A DNA stretch of 64,000 nt from Clostridium sp. CAG:302. Its GTDB lineage: Bacteria > Bacillota_I > Bacilli_A > RF39 > UBA660. The position numbers and the translations under genes were made by a program. The notes under the pieces are model-generated. The model was not told the origin of the DNA. It saw nothing but the letters and a program-made list of their open reading frames with translations, and did not search any database. The stretch lies in NCBI GenBank assembly GCA_000431795.1, contig FR887372.1, positions 3,087 to 67,086 of the forward strand, given 5' to 3'. This document shows, piece by piece, positions 29,396 through 41,469 of the stretch (its first letter is position 1; the number at the start of each line of letters is the position of its first letter).

Positions 29396-29623
29396 CTATT
29401 TCTTATTATATACAATACGCCCTTGTGTTAGATCGTATGGTGACATAGCTAAAACCACAGTATCACCTGGTAAGATACGTATGTTGTTCATGCGCATTTT
29501 ACCAGAAACATGGGCAACTACTATGTGGCCTCCATCAAGTTCAACTTTGAATTTTCCCTGTGGTAAATTATCAAGTACTTTTCCTTCTACTTCGATTAAC
29601 TCTTCTCTACTCACATTTATCAT
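29396..29623 (-). CDS. infA: Translation initiation factor IF-1
   Basis: ...[45 protein letters not shown]... Confidence 0.85.
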   Translation of the reverse strand: MINVSREELIEVEGKVLDNLPQGKFKVELDGGHIVVAHVSGKMRMNNIRILPGDTVVLAMSPYDLTQGRIVYNKK

Positions 29624-30365
29624 CTCCTGTTAGTATTTCATAACCATCGTCAGTAACAATAATTGTATGTTCAAAATGAGCTGATGGTTTATTATCACCT
29701 GTAACTATTGTCCAATCATCATCAAGTAAATATATTTTAGCAGTACCTAAATTAAGCATAGGTTCTACGGCAATAGTCATTCCTTTTTTTAAAATTATTC
29801 CAGTACCCGCTTCTCCATAGTTAGGTACTTCTGGATCCTCATGCAAATGTGATCCAATACCATGACCTACTAGTTCTTTAACAACTCCTAGTTTATGTTT
29901 TTTAGCATATTCTTCAATAGCATTAGATACATCTCCAAGATGAATTCCATCTTTTACTTTACTTAATCCTTCATATAAAGCCTTCTCAGTATGAGTAAGT
30001 AAATATTCTTTCTCTTTTGATACAGTTCCTACTCTATAACTCCAAGCAGAATCACCATGATATCCTTTGTAGCAGGCACATATATCTAAAGTTACAATAT
30101 CACCATTCTTAAGCTTTCTTTTCCCCGGTATACCATGTACTACTTCTTCATTAACTGAAATACATATACTCGCAGGATAACCTTCATATCCTAAACATGA
30201 TGGAGTAGCATCTCTACTTATAATATAGTCATGAGCTAGTTTATCTAACTCACCAGTAGTAATACCAGGTTTAATATAAGGTTTTAAATACTGATGAGTA
30301 TCATAAACTATTCTTCCTGCCACTCTCATTAAGGATAATTCATAATCACTTTTAATAGTTATCAT
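29607..30365 (-). CDS. map: Methionine aminopeptidase type I
   Basis: The 252-aa product carries MetAP metal-binding motifs ([16 protein letters not shown]). Confidence 0.9.
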   Translation of the reverse strand: MITIKSDYELSLMRVAGRIVYDTHQYLKPYIKPGITTGELDKLAHDYIISRDATPSCLGYEGYPASICISVNEEVVHGIPGKRKLKNGDIVTLDICACYKGYHGDSAWSYRVGTVSKEKEYLLTHTEKALYEGLSKVKDGIHLGDVSNAIEEYAKKHKLGVVKELVGHGIGSHLHEDPEVPNYGEAGTGIILKKGMTIAVEPMLNLGTAKIYLLDDDWTIVTGDNKPSAHFEHTIIVTDDGYEILTGDDKCE

Positions 30366-31015
30366 TTAATTACCTTCTCTACTTCTTCAAAAACTTCATC
30401 TGAATTTTTATCAGTAACATTAATTTTAACTAAATTATTCTTCTTCTCATAATAGTCCACTAGAGGGAAAGTTTCATTCATATAAGTATTAAATCTATTT
30501 ATGAATGTCTCCTCATTATCATCACTTCTAGATTTCAAAGGACTACCACAGCTATCACATATTCCTTCTTTGACAGGAGATAATTCCTTATTTAGTAAGT
30601 TATAAGATAAACCACACTTAGAACATACCAATCTAGATAATGCTCTTTGCATAGCAACATCTTTATCAATATCTAAAAGTATTACCTTTCCTAAATCAAA
30701 ATCTAATTCTTCAAGTAACTTGTCATAGACAATTGCTTGATTAACGTTTCTAGGATAACCATCTAAGATATAGCCTTTTTTACAATCTTTACTTGATAAT
30801 CTCTTTTTTAATAATTTAGTTATCACTTCATCTGAAACAAATTCTCCTCTAGCCATAGCATCTTTTATTTCAAGACCAAGCTTAGTTGAATTCTTTATTT
30901 CATCTCTTAAAAGATCGCCAGTTGATATATGAGGAATATTATATTTGTCACAGATTCTTGCAGATACTGTTCCTTTACCCGCAGCTGGTGGGGCAATAAA
31001 TATAATATTCTTCAT
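30362..31015 (-). CDS. adk: Adenylate kinase
   Basis: GAPPAAGKGT P-loop, plus a CxxC...CxxC zinc lid. Confidence 0.9.
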   Translation of the reverse strand: MKNIIFIAPPAAGKGTVSARICDKYNIPHISTGDLLRDEIKNSTKLGLEIKDAMARGEFVSDEVITKLLKKRLSSKDCKKGYILDGYPRNVNQAIVYDKLLEELDFDLGKVILLDIDKDVAMQRALSRLVCSKCGLSYNLLNKELSPVKEGICDSCGSPLKSRSDDNEETFINRFNTYMNETFPLVDYYEKKNNLVKINVTDKNSDEVFEEVEKVIK

Positions 31016-32277
31016 TATCTAGCTCCTTTATAATTTCTATTAATTAAACTACTTTCTAATTGTTTACAAGTCTCAATAGCAACTCCTACAACGATAAGTA
31101 CTCCAGTACCACCAATACTAACTGATGCTGGAAGTCCAGTAGATATAAAACTACTGAATACAATTGGAAGCCCTGCTATTGCAGCAATAAATGATGAACC
31201 TAAGAAAGTAATTCTATAAAGTATTTTCTTAATATACTTCTCAGTTTCTACTCCAGGTCTAATACCAGGAATATATCCACCACTCTTATTTAAGTTCTTA
31301 GCAAGTTCTTTTGGATTAATTTGCATATTAGTATAGAAATAACCAAATACAAATATTAATATTATATAAAGTACAAATCCTGTTGGAGTAGTATAATTTA
31401 TATAATTAGTTACAAACTTAGTAAATCCAGAATCATTACCTAAGATACCACCAATAAATGTAGGTATTGATAATATTACTGATGCAAAGATTACAGGCAT
31501 TACACCAGCAGAATTTAATTTAAATGGAATATAGCTTTGCTTTTGACCATAAGCAGAAGTTGTTCTATTAGAATATTGTATTGGTATTCTTCTTTCCGAA
31601 GATTCCTCAAATATAACTCCTACTACTATTAATAGATATACAAGCACAAATATTATAAATCCTACTATTCCCATAGCTAATGAGCCAGTATGATTTAATA
31701 TTAATGTCTTAAATGTATCAATAAACATCTTTGGTACTGTAGATATAATACCAGCCATAATAATTAATGATATACCATTACCCATACCTTTTTGAGTTAT
31801 TTGATCACCAAGCCATAATAGGAATGCTGTACCACCAGTTAGTATTAAGGCTATCTTTAAGTATTCTACTGTACCAGCACCTTTTACAAAGGTAAATGCC
31901 ATAGCAAATCCTTGTAAAAAGGCAAGTACGATACCAATATATCTATTAATTTGATTTATCTTTTGTCTTCCTTGTTCTCCACTATCTTTAAGTTCAGTGA
32001 AGTAAGGAATAATATCCATTTGTAATATTCCAGTAATGATACTAGCGGAAATATAAGGCATAACACCTAGAGCAAATATTGAAAAGTTCTTAAGTGCTCC
32101 TCCACCAATAGCATTAATTAATTCCCATAATCCTAAATTAGATATTGCACCTTCTGTACCTGGAACAGGGATTGTTGTTCCAACAGCGAATATTAGTAGT
32201 CCAAATAAGGTAAAACCAATTCTTTTCCTAATATCTTTATTTTTAGGACTAAAGATTAATTTTAGATTCTTAAACAT
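31015..32277 (-). CDS. secY: Preprotein translocase subunit SecY
   Basis: The 420-aa multi-pass membrane protein shows SecY conservation. Confidence 0.9.
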   Translation of the reverse strand: MFKNLKLIFSPKNKDIRKRIGFTLFGLLIFAVGTTIPVPGTEGAISNLGLWELINAIGGGALKNFSIFALGVMPYISASIITGILQMDIIPYFTELKDSGEQGRQKINQINRYIGIVLAFLQGFAMAFTFVKGAGTVEYLKIALILTGGTAFLLWLGDQITQKGMGNGISLIIMAGIISTVPKMFIDTFKTLILNHTGSLAMGIVGFIIFVLVYLLIVVGVIFEESSERRIPIQYSNRTTSAYGQKQSYIPFKLNSAGVMPVIFASVILSIPTFIGGILGNDSGFTKFVTNYINYTTPTGFVLYIILIFVFGYFYTNMQINPKELAKNLNKSGGYIPGIRPGVETEKYIKKILYRITFLGSSFIAAIAGLPIVFSSFISTGLPASVSIGGTGVLIVVGVAIETCKQLESSLINRNYKGAR

Positions 32278-32721
32278 CTAAATCACCTCAGTTTTTCCAC
32301 CAATATTTTCTATCTTCTCTTTAGCAGTCTTAGAGAAATTATTTGCTTTAACAGTTAATTTCTTAGTTAAATCACCATTTCCTAAAACTTTAACACCATC
32401 TAATTCTTTCTTTATTAATCCTACTTCTTTAAGTAAAGCAAGATCTACTACTGTACCATCTTCAAATCTATTTAAATCTGATACATTTACAGTACTATAT
32501 ACTGTTCTAAACTCATAATTGTTGAATCCTCTTTTTGATAATCTTCTGAATAATGGTAATTGTCCACCTTCAAATCCAGGTCTTACTCCACCGCCACTTC
32601 TAGCGTTTTGTCCTTTTTCACCTTTACCTGAAGTTTTACCAGTACCAGAACCAGGTCCATGACCAATTCTTTTTCTAGCTTTAGTAGAACCTTCTACTGC
32701 TTTTAATTCATGTAATTTCAT
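32278..32721 (-). CDS. rplO: 50S ribosomal protein L15
   Basis: The product begins [32 protein letters not shown]... Confidence 0.9.
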   Translation of the reverse strand: MKLHELKAVEGSTKARKRIGHGPGSGTGKTSGKGEKGQNARSGGGVRPGFEGGQLPLFRRLSKRGFNNYEFRTVYSTVNVSDLNRFEDGTVVDLALLKEVGLIKKELDGVKVLGNGDLTKKLTVKANNFSKTAKEKIENIGGKTEVI

Positions 32722-33326
32722 TATCTTATTTCCTCCACATTCTTATCTCTTAAGTAAGCAACGTGAGCAAGAGATTTTTGTCCTTTTAAAGCATTTAGAG
32801 TAGCTCTAGCAGCATTAATCTTAGTACTAGACCCTTGACTCTTAGATAATACATCTTTAACACCAGCAAGTTCAAGTACATCTCTAACTGGTCCACCAGC
32901 CTTAACTCCAGTACCTTCTTTAGCAGGTTTAAGCATTACCTTACATGCTCCTTCTTTTACTATAATATCATGAGATATAGTTCTATTATCAACAAGGTCA
33001 ACTTTAATTAAATTCTTACTAGCAGCCTGTGTAGCTTTCTTAACCGCATCTGGCATTTCATGAGCTTTACCAGTACCAAGGCCTACTAGTCCTTTTCTAT
33101 TTCCTACTACTACAGTAGCAGCAAATCTAAACTGTCTACCACCTTTAACAACTTTAGTTACTCTTCTTATTTCAATAACCTTATCCTCTAAGTCAGATTT
33201 AGGTTTAGAAGGTCTATTATTGTTTCTAGGTCTTTTCTTATCAAACTTACGAGTTTTATTTACTTCAGTTTTACTTACTTCTTTTTTATTTTCAGTAACT
33301 TCAGTCTTTTTATTTTCTTCGTTCAT
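32721..33326 (-). CDS. rpsE: 30S ribosomal protein S5 (with a K/E-rich N-terminal extension)
   Basis: The 201-aa product has an S5 core ([26 protein letters not shown]). It is directly adjacent to rplO with no rpmD between them. Confidence 0.9.
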   Translation of the reverse strand: MNEENKKTEVTENKKEVSKTEVNKTRKFDKKRPRNNNRPSKPKSDLEDKVIEIRRVTKVVKGGRQFRFAATVVVGNRKGLVGLGTGKAHEMPDAVKKATQAASKNLIKVDLVDNRTISHDIIVKEGACKVMLKPAKEGTGVKAGGPVRDVLELAGVKDVLSKSQGSSTKINAARATLNALKGQKSLAHVAYLRDKNVEEIR

Positions 33327-33346
33327 TTACTATTCCTCCTAATGAT

Positions 33347-33709
33347 CTAGAATTCTAAGCCATTTTCACGTGCAGCTTCTGCTAAAGCTTGAACACGTCC
33401 ATGATAAAGATATCCTCCTCTATCAAATACAACGGCATTTATTTTTGCTTTCTTAGCTCTTTTTGCAACTTCAGCTCCAATTACTTTAGCAGCTTCTATG
33501 TTACCACCATTTTTAAGATTTAATTCTTTTTCTAATGATGATGCACTAACTAAAGTAACACCCTTAACATCGTCAATGATTTGAGCTTCAATATTTGCAT
33601 TAGATCTGAACACACAAAGTCTAGGTCTTTCACTAGTACCAGATAAATTTTCTCTGATTCTTGTGTGTCTAACTTTTCTCATTTCATTTCTTGAAACTTT
33701 CTTAATCAT
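33347..33709 (-). CDS. rplR: 50S ribosomal protein L18
   Basis: The 120-aa product shows L18 conservation. Confidence 0.9.
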   Translation of the reverse strand: MIKKVSRNEMRKVRHTRIRENLSGTSERPRLCVFRSNANIEAQIIDDVKGVTLVSASSLEKELNLKNGGNIEAAKVIGAEVAKRAKKAKINAVVFDRGGYLYHGRVQALAEAARENGLEF

Positions 33710-33730
33710 ACTTAAGTCTCCTCCTATTTA

Positions 33731-34270
33731 TTATTTAGAAGCTTTCTTTCCTTCTTTACGACGAATTTGTTCACCTTTGTATTTAATACCTTTACCTTTA
33801 TATGGTTCTGGGCTTCTTACTTTTCTTATATTAGCGGCAAATTCACCAATTTTTACCTTATCGATTCCTGATATTTCGATTTCAGTATTACTTATTTGAG
33901 TTACAGATAAACCATTAGGTACTTCCATAACTACTGGATGAGAATATCCTGCTGATATAGTAAGCTTATTGCCGCTAGCATTAAACTTATAACCAACACC
34001 AACTATTTCTAATCCTTTCTTATAACCAGTACTAACACCATCAATCATATTTTTAATGTTAGCATTAGTAGTACCATGCATAGCATGAGTAAATTTATCA
34101 TCTTTAAGTGGTTCAACTACTACAGTATTATCAACTACTTTAACACTAATGTTCTTTACTAGATCTAAAGTAAGTTCTCCTTTAGGTCCTTTAACAGTAA
34201 CAACATTATTTTCTACATTAACATTAACATTTTCAGGTATAGATAAAACTCTTTTACCAATACGGCTCAT
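33731..34270 (-). CDS. rplF: 50S ribosomal protein L6
   Basis: The product begins MSRIGKRVLSIPENV... Confidence 0.9.
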   Translation of the reverse strand: MSRIGKRVLSIPENVNVNVENNVVTVKGPKGELTLDLVKNISVKVVDNTVVVEPLKDDKFTHAMHGTTNANIKNMIDGVSTGYKKGLEIVGVGYKFNASGNKLTISAGYSHPVVMEVPNGLSVTQISNTEIEISGIDKVKIGEFAANIRKVRSPEPYKGKGIKYKGEQIRRKEGKKASK

Positions 34271-34279
34271 TATCTCACC

Positions 34280-34669
34280 TTACCATACATAAGCTATTAC
34301 TTCTCCACCTAAAGAATTCTTTCTAGCTTCTTTATCAGTCATAATTCCTTTAGATGTAGAGATAATTGCTATACCAAGACCATTAAGTACAGTAGGAAGC
34401 TCATCAGCACCAGCATATACTCTTAGACCTGGTTTAGAAATTCTCTTAAGTCCAGTAATAACTCTTTCTTTATTTTTATATTTTAATGTTAATGTTATCA
34501 TTTTATTAGCAGTTTCGCCTTCAATTTTATAATCCTCTATAAATCCTTCATTCTTTAGAATTTTAGCAATTTCTTCTTTCATATTAGATGCTGGGATTTC
34601 ACAAGAGGCACTTCTATTTTGATTAGCATTACGTATTCTTGTAAGCATATCTGCGATTGGATCTGTCAT
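34280..34669 (-). CDS. rpsH: 30S ribosomal protein S8
   Basis: The product begins [17 protein letters not shown]... Confidence 0.9.
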   Translation of the reverse strand: MTDPIADMLTRIRNANQNRSASCEIPASNMKEEIAKILKNEGFIEDYKIEGETANKMITLTLKYKNKERVITGLKRISKPGLRVYAGADELPTVLNGLGIAIISTSKGIMTDKEARKNSLGGEVIAYVW

Positions 34670-34700
34670 TATTAATCCCTCCTTCTTTTAATTTTTGGGT

Positions 34701-34886
34701 TTACCAACTTGATTTCTTTACACCAGGTATTTGACCTTTGTAAGCAAGTTCTCTAAAACAAATACGGCAAATTCCATATTTCTTAAGAACTGCATGAGGT
34801 CTTCCACAAATTTTACATCTAGTGTATTTTCTAACCTTAAATTTAGGTTCTCTTTCTGATTTAACAATCATTGATTTTCTTGCCAT
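34701..34886 (-). CDS. rpsN: 30S ribosomal protein S14, zinc-binding type Z
   Basis: [61 protein letters not shown] (61 aa). The track ORF adds an upstream in-frame extension. Confidence 0.9.
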   Translation of the reverse strand: MARKSMIVKSEREPKFKVRKYTRCKICGRPHAVLKKYGICRICFRELAYKGQIPGVKKSSW

Positions 34887-34902
34887 CTTAGTCTCCTCTT
34901 CT

Positions 34903-35442
34903 TTATTTCCTAAAAGGAACTCCAAGTTCTTTTAATAAATCAAATGCTTCTTCATTAGTTTTAGCAGTAGTAACTAATACTACATCCATACCTCTAACTT
35001 TTTCTACTTCATCAAAATTAATTTCAGGGAAGATAATTTGTTCTTTAATACCGATTGTATAATTTCCTCTTCCATCAAAACTTTTTGGAGAAAGTCCTCT
35101 AAAATCTCTAACTCTAGGTAAAGAGATAGATATTAACTTATCTAAGAAAGTATACATCTTTTCTCCTCTTAGAGTAACTTTACAACCAATTTTATGTCCT
35201 TCTCTTACTTTGAATGAAGCTATTGACTTTTTAGCGGTAGTTTCTACAGCTTTAAGTCCTGTAATTTTTTCTAATTCATTTACAGCATTTTCTAGATTTT
35301 TTGAATTAACAGTAGCATCTCCTACTCCCATATTAACAACTATCTTTTCTAGTTTAGGAACTAACATAGGTGTAGAATAATTATACTTTTCTGTTAAACT
35401 TGGAACAACTTCTTTAATATATTTTTCTCTTAGGCGGTTCAT
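34903..35442 (-). CDS. rplE: 50S ribosomal protein L5
   Basis: [22 protein letters not shown]...; the start is set at the conserved MNRL. Confidence 0.9.
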   Translation of the reverse strand: MNRLREKYIKEVVPSLTEKYNYSTPMLVPKLEKIVVNMGVGDATVNSKNLENAVNELEKITGLKAVETTAKKSIASFKVREGHKIGCKVTLRGEKMYTFLDKLISISLPRVRDFRGLSPKSFDGRGNYTIGIKEQIIFPEINFDEVEKVRGMDVVLVTTAKTNEEAFDLLKELGVPFRK

Positions 35443-35501
35443 TCTAGCTCGCCCTCCTTCCAAATCTCTAAATTATATTAGGATGTTCACTCCTATAATA
35501 A

Positions 35502-35807
35502 TTAATCTATTTTTTCATTAGACTTTTTAGATATTCTAATCTTCTTGCCTTTACTATCTTTGTCTATTTTTACCTTAGTAGGTTTCTTTGTCTTAGGATC
35601 TACTAACATTACATTAGATACATGGATAGGTGCTTCAGTTTCAATTATTTCACCATTACCATTATTATTTTTAGGTTTTAAGTGTTTCTTAACAATATTA
35701 ACACCTTCTACTATAACTCTAGAATCTAATATCTTAGTAATTTTTCCTTCCTTACCTTTATTTGAACCAGAAACTACTACTACTTTATCACCAGTTTTTA
35801 GTTTCAT
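35502..35807 (-). CDS. rplX: 50S ribosomal protein L24
   Basis: The product begins MKLKTGDKVVVVSGSNKGKEGKI... Confidence 0.9.
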   Translation of the reverse strand: MKLKTGDKVVVVSGSNKGKEGKITKILDSRVIVEGVNIVKKHLKPKNNNGNGEIIETEAPIHVSNVMLVDPKTKKPTKVKIDKDSKGKKIRISKKSNEKID

Positions 35808-35826
35808 ATTATATCCTCCTTACATC

Positions 35827-36195
35827 CTATAACACATCTTTAGCTAAACTTACAATCTTAGTAAATTCTTTATCTCTAAGTTCACGTGCTACTGGACCTA
35901 AAATACGTGTACCTACTGGACTCTTATCATCTTTAATAATAACACATGCGTTATCATCAAATCTAATATAACTTCCGTCGTCTCTTCTAACTCCTCTTTT
36001 AGTTCTTACTATAACGGCTTTTACTACTTTACCTGCTTTTATAGTACCATTAGGAGTAGCTTTCTTAACTGTACATACAACTATATCTCCAATATTACCT
36101 GTTTTTACTTTACTTCCACCTAGAACTCTGATTACTAATACTTCACGAGCTCCACAGTTATCCGCTACTTTTAAGCGGGTTTCTTGTTGTACCAT
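35827..36195 (-). CDS. rplN: 50S ribosomal protein L14
   Basis: The product begins [19 protein letters not shown]... Confidence 0.9.
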   Translation of the reverse strand: MVQQETRLKVADNCGAREVLVIRVLGGSKVKTGNIGDIVVCTVKKATPNGTIKAGKVVKAVIVRTKRGVRRDDGSYIRFDDNACVIIKDDKSPVGTRILGPVARELRDKEFTKIVSLAKDVL

Positions 36196-36223
36196 ATTAT
36201 TTCCTCCTTCCGAGCTAAAGAGC

Positions 36224-36478
36224 TTATAGAATAACAGCTTTCTCTATTACTTCTACTAGTTCATATCTCTTTGTTTTAGATAATGGTCTAGTTTGGGCTA
36301 AGCGAACTTTATCTCCAACATGTGCCATATTATTTTCATCGTGAGCAGCATATTTCTTTGAATATTTAACTCTTTTTCCATATAATGGATGTTTCTTGTA
36401 AGTTTCAACTTTAACTGTAATAGTCTTATCAGCTTTATCTGAAACAACTACACCGATTAATTCTTTTCTTTCTTTCAT
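36224..36478 (-). CDS. rpsQ: 30S ribosomal protein S17
   Basis: The 84-aa product shows S17 conservation. Confidence 0.9.
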   Translation of the reverse strand: MKERKELIGVVVSDKADKTITVKVETYKKHPLYGKRVKYSKKYAAHDENNMAHVGDKVRLAQTRPLSKTKRYELVEVIEKAVIL

Positions 36479-36492
36479 AACTTACACCTCAC

Positions 36493-36684
36493 TTACCCTT
36501 CTCTTCTCTCATTAAGAATAGTATTTATTCTTGCTACTTCTTTTCTTAATTCATGTATTCTAGAAGGTTTTTCTAGCATACCAGTAGCCTTTTGCATTCT
36601 TAAATTGAAAAGTTCTTCTTTACATTCTGCGATTTTTTTATTTAAATCTTCTGTGGTTAATTTTCTAAGTTCATTAGTTTTCAT
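36493..36684 (-). CDS. rpmC: 50S ribosomal protein L29
   Basis: The 63-aa product shows L29 conservation. Confidence 0.9.
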   Translation of the reverse strand: MKTNELRKLTTEDLNKKIAECKEELFNLRMQKATGMLEKPSRIHELRKEVARINTILNERREG

Positions 36685-37105
36685 TTATTTCACCACTTTC
36701 TTCTTTCTTTACAAACTTACATTTGATAGGTAACTTATGTGAAGCAAGTCTTAATGCTTCTCTAGCAGTAGCTTCATCTACGCCATCTATTTCAAACATA
36801 ATTTTACCTTCTTTAACAACTGCAACCCATACTTCTGGATTACCTTTACCTTTACCTTGTCTAGTTTCTAGAGGTTTCTTAGTAAGTGATAAGTTAGGGA
36901 ATATATTAATCCAAACTTTACCACCTCTCTTCATATATCTAGTCATAGCTATTCTGGCTGCTTCGATTTGATTAGCTGTAATCCAAGCTCCTTCTTTTGC
37001 CATTAAACCATAACTTCCAAAATGAAGTTCAGTATTACCTTTACTCTTTCCTTCATAAGGTAAACGGAAAGTTTTTCTATGTTTAGTTCTTTTTGGCATC
37101 AACAT
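36674..37105 (-). CDS. rplP: 50S ribosomal protein L16
   Basis: The product begins [11 protein letters not shown]... Confidence 0.9.
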   Translation of the reverse strand: MLMPKRTKHRKTFRLPYEGKSKGNTELHFGSYGLMAKEGAWITANQIEAARIAMTRYMKRGGKVWINIFPNLSLTKKPLETRQGKGKGNPEVWVAVVKEGKIMFEIDGVDEATAREALRLASHKLPIKCKFVKKEESGEINEN

Positions 37106-37745
37106 GAGAATTACCTCCCTTATCTAGTATTTCACCTTTATAGATCCATACTTTTACACCTATTTTTCCATAAGTAGTATCTGCTTCACTAGTAGCATAG
37201 TCAATATCAGCTCTTATTGTATGTAGAGGAATAGTTCCTTCAGAATATCCTTCACCACGAGCAATATCAGCTCCTCCTAGTCTTCCTGATACTAATGTTT
37301 TAATTCCTTTTGCTCCAGCTTTCATAGTGTTTCTAATAGCTTTCTTTTGAGCTACTCTAAATGAAACACGGTTTTCAATATTATGAGCAATTGTATCTGC
37401 AACTATTTGTGCAACCATATCTGGGTTCTTTATTTCAACAACAGATATTTGAATGTCTTCTTTAACTAGTTTTGAAACTTCTTTCTTTACCTTTTCAATT
37501 TCAGTACCACTTTGACCAATTATTAATCCAGGTTTAGCAGCATAGATAAAGACTTCATTTCTCTTAGGATTTCTTTCAATAACAATTTTAGAAATACCAG
37601 CATTCTTAAATTTCTTATTTAAATATTTACGAATTTTATAATCGTTTGATAAATATTTAGAAAAGTCTTTTTCAGCATACCATTTTGATTCCCAATCTTT
37701 ATTGATACCAATTCTAAGTCCTGTTGGACTGACTTTTTGTCCCAT
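37083..37745 (-). CDS. rpsC: 30S ribosomal protein S3
   Basis: The 220-aa product has a KH domain. Confidence 0.9.
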   Translation of the reverse strand: MGQKVSPTGLRIGINKDWESKWYAEKDFSKYLSNDYKIRKYLNKKFKNAGISKIVIERNPKRNEVFIYAAKPGLIIGQSGTEIEKVKKEVSKLVKEDIQISVVEIKNPDMVAQIVADTIAHNIENRVSFRVAQKKAIRNTMKAGAKGIKTLVSGRLGGADIARGEGYSEGTIPLHTIRADIDYATSEADTTYGKIGVKVWIYKGEILDKGGNSHVDAKKN

Positions 37746-37762
37746 TAAACGCTCCTCCTCAC

Positions 37763-38104
37763 TTATTTCTCAGCCACTATTATAGTAATGTGACTTGTCT
37801 TATGATCGTTTCTTCCTGTACGACCTCTTGAATCAAATTTAATTCTTTTAATTACTAATGCTTCGTCAACGAAACATGTCTTAACATAAAGATTTTCTTC
37901 CTTCATGCCAAAGTTATTAACAGCATTTGCTGTAGCACTTTCTAATACTTTAGAAATAACTCTAGATGCTCTTTGAGGTTGGTTAGCAAGAATAGCTCTT
38001 GCTTCTTCAACACTCTTACCTCTTATTAAATCAATAATAAGTCTAGTCTTTCTAGGAGATATTCTAACTGTTTTTGCTACTGCTTTAGCTTCAGTTCTTT
38101 CCAT
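37763..38104 (-). CDS. rplV: 50S ribosomal protein L22
   Basis: The 113-aa product shows L22 conservation. Confidence 0.9.
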   Translation of the reverse strand: MERTEAKAVAKTVRISPRKTRLIIDLIRGKSVEEARAILANQPQRASRVISKVLESATANAVNNFGMKEENLYVKTCFVDEALVIKRIKFDSRGRTGRNDHKTSHITIIVAEK

Positions 38105-38124
38105 TTTTGTCCTCCTTTAGAAAA

Positions 38125-38391
38125 TTATTTCTTATCTGATCCGTGTCCACCAAATTTTCTTGTTAGAGAAAATTCACCTAATTTGTGTCCAACCATATCT
38201 TCTGTAACATAAACTGGAATAAATTCTTTTCCATTATGTACTGCAAAAGTATGACCAATAAATTCAGGATAGATTGTTGAACGACGAGACCAAGTTTTAA
38301 TAACTTCCTTCTTACCAGATTCGTTTAATGTTCTTACTCTTTTTAATAATCTTTCAAAGACATAAGGTCCTTTTTTAATACTTCTAGCCAT
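38125..38391 (-). CDS. rpsS: 30S ribosomal protein S19
   Basis: The product begins [11 protein letters not shown]... Confidence 0.9.
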   Translation of the reverse strand: MARSIKKGPYVFERLLKRVRTLNESGKKEVIKTWSRRSTIYPEFIGHTFAVHNGKEFIPVYVTEDMVGHKLGEFSLTRKFGGHGSDKK

Positions 38392-38407
38392 TTAAATCTT
38401 CCTTTCT

Positions 38408-39238
38408 TTATTTCTTACGTCTAGACACGATATACTTATCTGACGCTTTCTTATTCTTTCTAGTCTTATATCCTAGAGCTGGTTTACCCCAAGGAGTCAT
38501 TGGTCCTGATCTACCGATTGGAGCTCTACCTTCACCACCACCATGTGGGTGATCATTAGGGTTCATAACAGAACCACGTACTGTAGGTCTGAATCCTTTA
38601 TGTCTAGTTCTTCCTGCTTTACCAATCTTAACTAGAGAGTAGTCTTCATTTCCTACTACACCGATAGTAGCTCTACAAGTACCTAAAATCTTTCTTGTTT
38701 CACCACTACTTAATCTTATTAATACATATTTATCTTCTCTACCAAGTATTTGAGCACTTGCTCCGGCACTTCTTGCTAAAGCTGCACCCTTACCAGGTTT
38801 TAATTCAATATTATGAATAACAGTACCTACTGGAATATTCATTATAGGAAGTGCATTTCCTACTTTAATATCAACATTTTCGCCAGATTCTACTACTGTA
38901 CCTACTGTTAATCCTTTAGGAGCTATAATATAAGCTTTTTCACCATCTTTATAAGTGATTAATGCTATATTAGCACTTCTATTTGGATCATATTCAATAG
39001 CAGATACAAGAGCTGTTACTCCATCTTTTCTTCTCTTAAAGTCGATTAATCTGTATTTTCTTTTTACTCCGCCACCTCTGTGTCTAACAGTAATTTTACC
39101 TTGATTATTTCTACCATTAGTCTTTTTCTTAGTAACTGTTAAACTTTTTTCAGGAGTAGTCTTAGTAATTTCTTCACTAGTTAGTACAGATCTTTGTCTT
39201 GTACCAGCAGTCATTGGTTTATAAACTCTTATTGCCAT
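38408..39238 (-). CDS. rplB: 50S ribosomal protein L2
   Basis: The 276-aa product shows L2 conservation. Confidence 0.9.
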   Translation of the reverse strand: MAIRVYKPMTAGTRQRSVLTSEEITKTTPEKSLTVTKKKTNGRNNQGKITVRHRGGGVKRKYRLIDFKRRKDGVTALVSAIEYDPNRSANIALITYKDGEKAYIIAPKGLTVGTVVESGENVDIKVGNALPIMNIPVGTVIHNIELKPGKGAALARSAGASAQILGREDKYVLIRLSSGETRKILGTCRATIGVVGNEDYSLVKIGKAGRTRHKGFRPTVRGSVMNPNDHPHGGGEGRAPIGRSGPMTPWGKPALGYKTRKNKKASDKYIVSRRKK

Positions 39239-39253
39239 TATATTTCCTCCTTA

Positions 39254-39532
39254 CTAGTCGAAACTAATAGTATCGCCTTTCTTTAAAGTTACAACGGCTT
39301 TTTTATATTTACTAGTCATACCAGTATATTTACCAACTCTCTTCTTTTTAGGATGAGAATTTGTAATATTTACAGCCATTACTTTAACATTAAATTTCTT
39401 TTCAATAGCTTGTTTTATTTCTGTTTTATTAGCAGTATTAGCTACTTTGAAAGCATATTTGCCTTCAGCTTCCATTCCTGCTGATTTTTCAGTAATAATT
39501 GGTGCTAAGATTATATCTAAATAACTATTCAT
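39254..39532 (-). CDS. rplW: 50S ribosomal protein L23
   Basis: The 92-aa product shows L23 conservation. Confidence 0.9.
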   Translation of the reverse strand: MNSYLDIILAPIITEKSAGMEAEGKYAFKVANTANKTEIKQAIEKKFNVKVMAVNITNSHPKKKRVGKYTGMTSKYKKAVVTLKKGDTISFD

Positions 39533-40161
39533 TATTTAAGCACCTCCTCTAAAGCAGTTAATGCTTCTTCTTCAATAAGTAAGTTATCAGATGATACTAA
39601 ATCATAAGTATTAACTTCATTAGGCATTACTACCTTAACATTAGCTAAGTTTCTAGCGGCTAAACATACATTGTCAGTAAGTTCTTTAACACATACTAGA
39701 ACTTTATGATTAGTTAATCCTAAAACTTCTAATAAATTAGTCATTTCTTTAGTTTTATTAGTATCGAACTTAATAGCATCTACTACTACTAATTCTTTAT
39801 CTAATACTTTGTAAGATAATGCACTCTTAAGTGCTAATCTCTTTTCTTTCTTATTCATTTTCTTTGAATAATCTCTTGGTACTGGTCCAAATGCTATACC
39901 ACCATGACGGTATTGAGTAGCTCTGATACTACCTTGTCTCGCATTACCAGTTCCTTTTTGTCTGTATGGCTTTCTTCCACCACCAGATACTTCTGCTCTT
40001 GTCTTAACACTAGCAGTTCCTTGTCTTGCTCCTGCCATTGCAGCTACTATTGCATCTTTAACAACTGCATCGTTAGGTTCAATGTTAAATATGTTATCTT
40101 CTAATTTTATATCCTTTACCTTTTCGCCTTTTAGACTTAAAACATCTATTTTCTTAGACAT
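39532..40161 (-). CDS. rplD: 50S ribosomal protein L4
   Basis: MSKKIDVLSLKGEKV...NIFNIEPND; the RBS AAGGAGG precedes the ATG at 40161. Confidence 0.9.
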   Translation of the reverse strand: MSKKIDVLSLKGEKVKDIKLEDNIFNIEPNDAVVKDAIVAAMAGARQGTASVKTRAEVSGGGRKPYRQKGTGNARQGSIRATQYRHGGIAFGPVPRDYSKKMNKKEKRLALKSALSYKVLDKELVVVDAIKFDTNKTKEMTNLLEVLGLTNHKVLVCVKELTDNVCLAARNLANVKVVMPNEVNTYDLVSSDNLLIEEEALTALEEVLK

Positions 40162-40213
40162 AATTTCCTCCTTTATCATCACAAACAACTTTTTAATATT
40201 TTTATAGTACTAA

Positions 40214-40984
40214 CTATTCAGTAGTTTCTTGTGATTCTTCTATGTTAGCTTCTTCAGCAGCTAATTCTTCGTTAATAGTTTCCATAGTTTCTTCAACTAC
40301 TTCTTCAGAAGTCTTACCTTCTTCATAAACGATTAATTCTACTGGTTCATTTACTTTATCACCAGTCTTAACTGAAGTTCTAACAAGTACTAAAGAGTTT
40401 TTAGGTCCAGGAACGCTTCCCTTAATTAAGATAACATTATTTTCTAGGTCAACACTAATAACTTCAAGATTTTGAATAGTTACTTGTTCATGACCCATAT
40501 GTCCAGGTAATTTCTTTCCTGGTAAAACTCTCATAGGTAATAGTGTACCCATTGATCCTACTCCTCTATGGTATTGAGATCCATGAGTCATAGGTCCTCT
40601 ACTTTGATTGTGTCTTTTAATAACACCTTGAAAACCTTTACCTTTAGAAGTGCCGGTAACATCTACCATTTCTCCTGCAGCAAAAGTATCAGCCTTAAGA
40701 ACATCTCCTAAAGCATACTCACTAACACTTGCACCTCTAATTTCCTTCAAGAAGCGCTTAGGGGTAGTATTAGCTTTTTTTAGATGACCTGTTTCTGGTT
40801 TATTGCTTCTAGAAGCTTTCTTCTCTACTGTAGCAAGTTGTATAGCATCATATCCATCAGATTCTTTAGTCTTAATCTGAGATACAACATTGTCTTCAAC
40901 TTCAATAACAGTTACAGGAATAAGTTTTCCATCAGCAGTAAATACTTCAGTCATCCCTTTTTTTCTTCCTAAGATTCCTTTCAT
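40214..40984 (-). CDS. rplC: 50S ribosomal protein L3 (with acidic C-terminal extension)
   Basis: The 256-aa product has an L3 core plus an [30 protein letters not shown] tail. Confidence 0.9.
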   Translation of the reverse strand: MKGILGRKKGMTEVFTADGKLIPVTVIEVEDNVVSQIKTKESDGYDAIQLATVEKKASRSNKPETGHLKKANTTPKRFLKEIRGASVSEYALGDVLKADTFAAGEMVDVTGTSKGKGFQGVIKRHNQSRGPMTHGSQYHRGVGSMGTLLPMRVLPGKKLPGHMGHEQVTIQNLEVISVDLENNVILIKGSVPGPKNSLVLVRTSVKTGDKVNEPVELIVYEEGKTSEEVVEETMETINEELAAEEANIEESQETTE

Positions 40985-40998
40985 TTTTTCCTCCTATA

Positions 40999-41307
40999 TT
41001 ATTTTTTAATTTGTATATCAACACCACTAGGTAAATCTAAATGAGCAAGTGCTTCAATAGTTTCTTTACTTGGGTTATTGATGTCGATTAGTCTCTTGTG
41101 AGTTCTCTTTTCAAATTGCTCTCTTGAATCCTTGTACTTATGTACCGCTCTTAAAATTGTTATTTTTTCAATTTCAGTTGGTAATGGTACAGGACCAGAT
41201 ACCTCACCACCAGTTCTCTTAACTGTAGCTACTATTTTAGCAGCTGCATTATCAAGAACTCTATGGTCGTAAGATTTTAATTTGATTCTCACTACTTCTT
41301 TTGCCAT
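40999..41307 (-). CDS. rpsJ: 30S ribosomal protein S10
   Basis: [19 protein letters not shown]...; the start is set at the conserved MAK. Confidence 0.9.
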   Translation of the reverse strand: MAKEVVRIKLKSYDHRVLDNAAAKIVATVKRTGGEVSGPVPLPTEIEKITILRAVHKYKDSREQFEKRTHKRLIDINNPSKETIEALAHLDLPSGVDIQIKK

Positions 41308-41469
41308 AGTTGTCCTCCCTTCGTCTATATCTTGTATAGGCATAGCTCCGAACGAATTACCTGATATACCTTTATTTTATTTGACAACTTAACCTGGTGT
41401 ATCAGCAACTTCGCACATCTAAGCCAGTCACACTTCTACAATTATACCCTATTATTTTATTAAAATCAA
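41308..41469 (-). promoter_or_regulatory. S10 operon promoter and about 125-nt structured leader
   Basis: Minus strand shows TTGATT (41469-41464), a 17-nt spacer, then TATAAT (41446-41441). A GC-containing leader follows (GUGUGACUGGCUUAGAUGUGCGAAGUUGCUGAUACACCAGG...) before the rpsJ RBS GGGAGGACAAC. Confidence 0.55.

Noticed and set aside
27530-29633. Plus-strand ORFs inside rpoA, rpsK, rpsM and infA (27530-27877, 28347-28586, 29168-29431, 29286-29633)
   Set aside because: They are antisense to highly conserved ribosomal or RNAP genes, with no translation signals.
33663-40972. Assorted plus-strand ORFs within the ribosomal cluster (33663-33899, 35545-35971, 36723-36971, 39904-40104, 40784-40972)
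   Set aside because: They are antisense artefacts.
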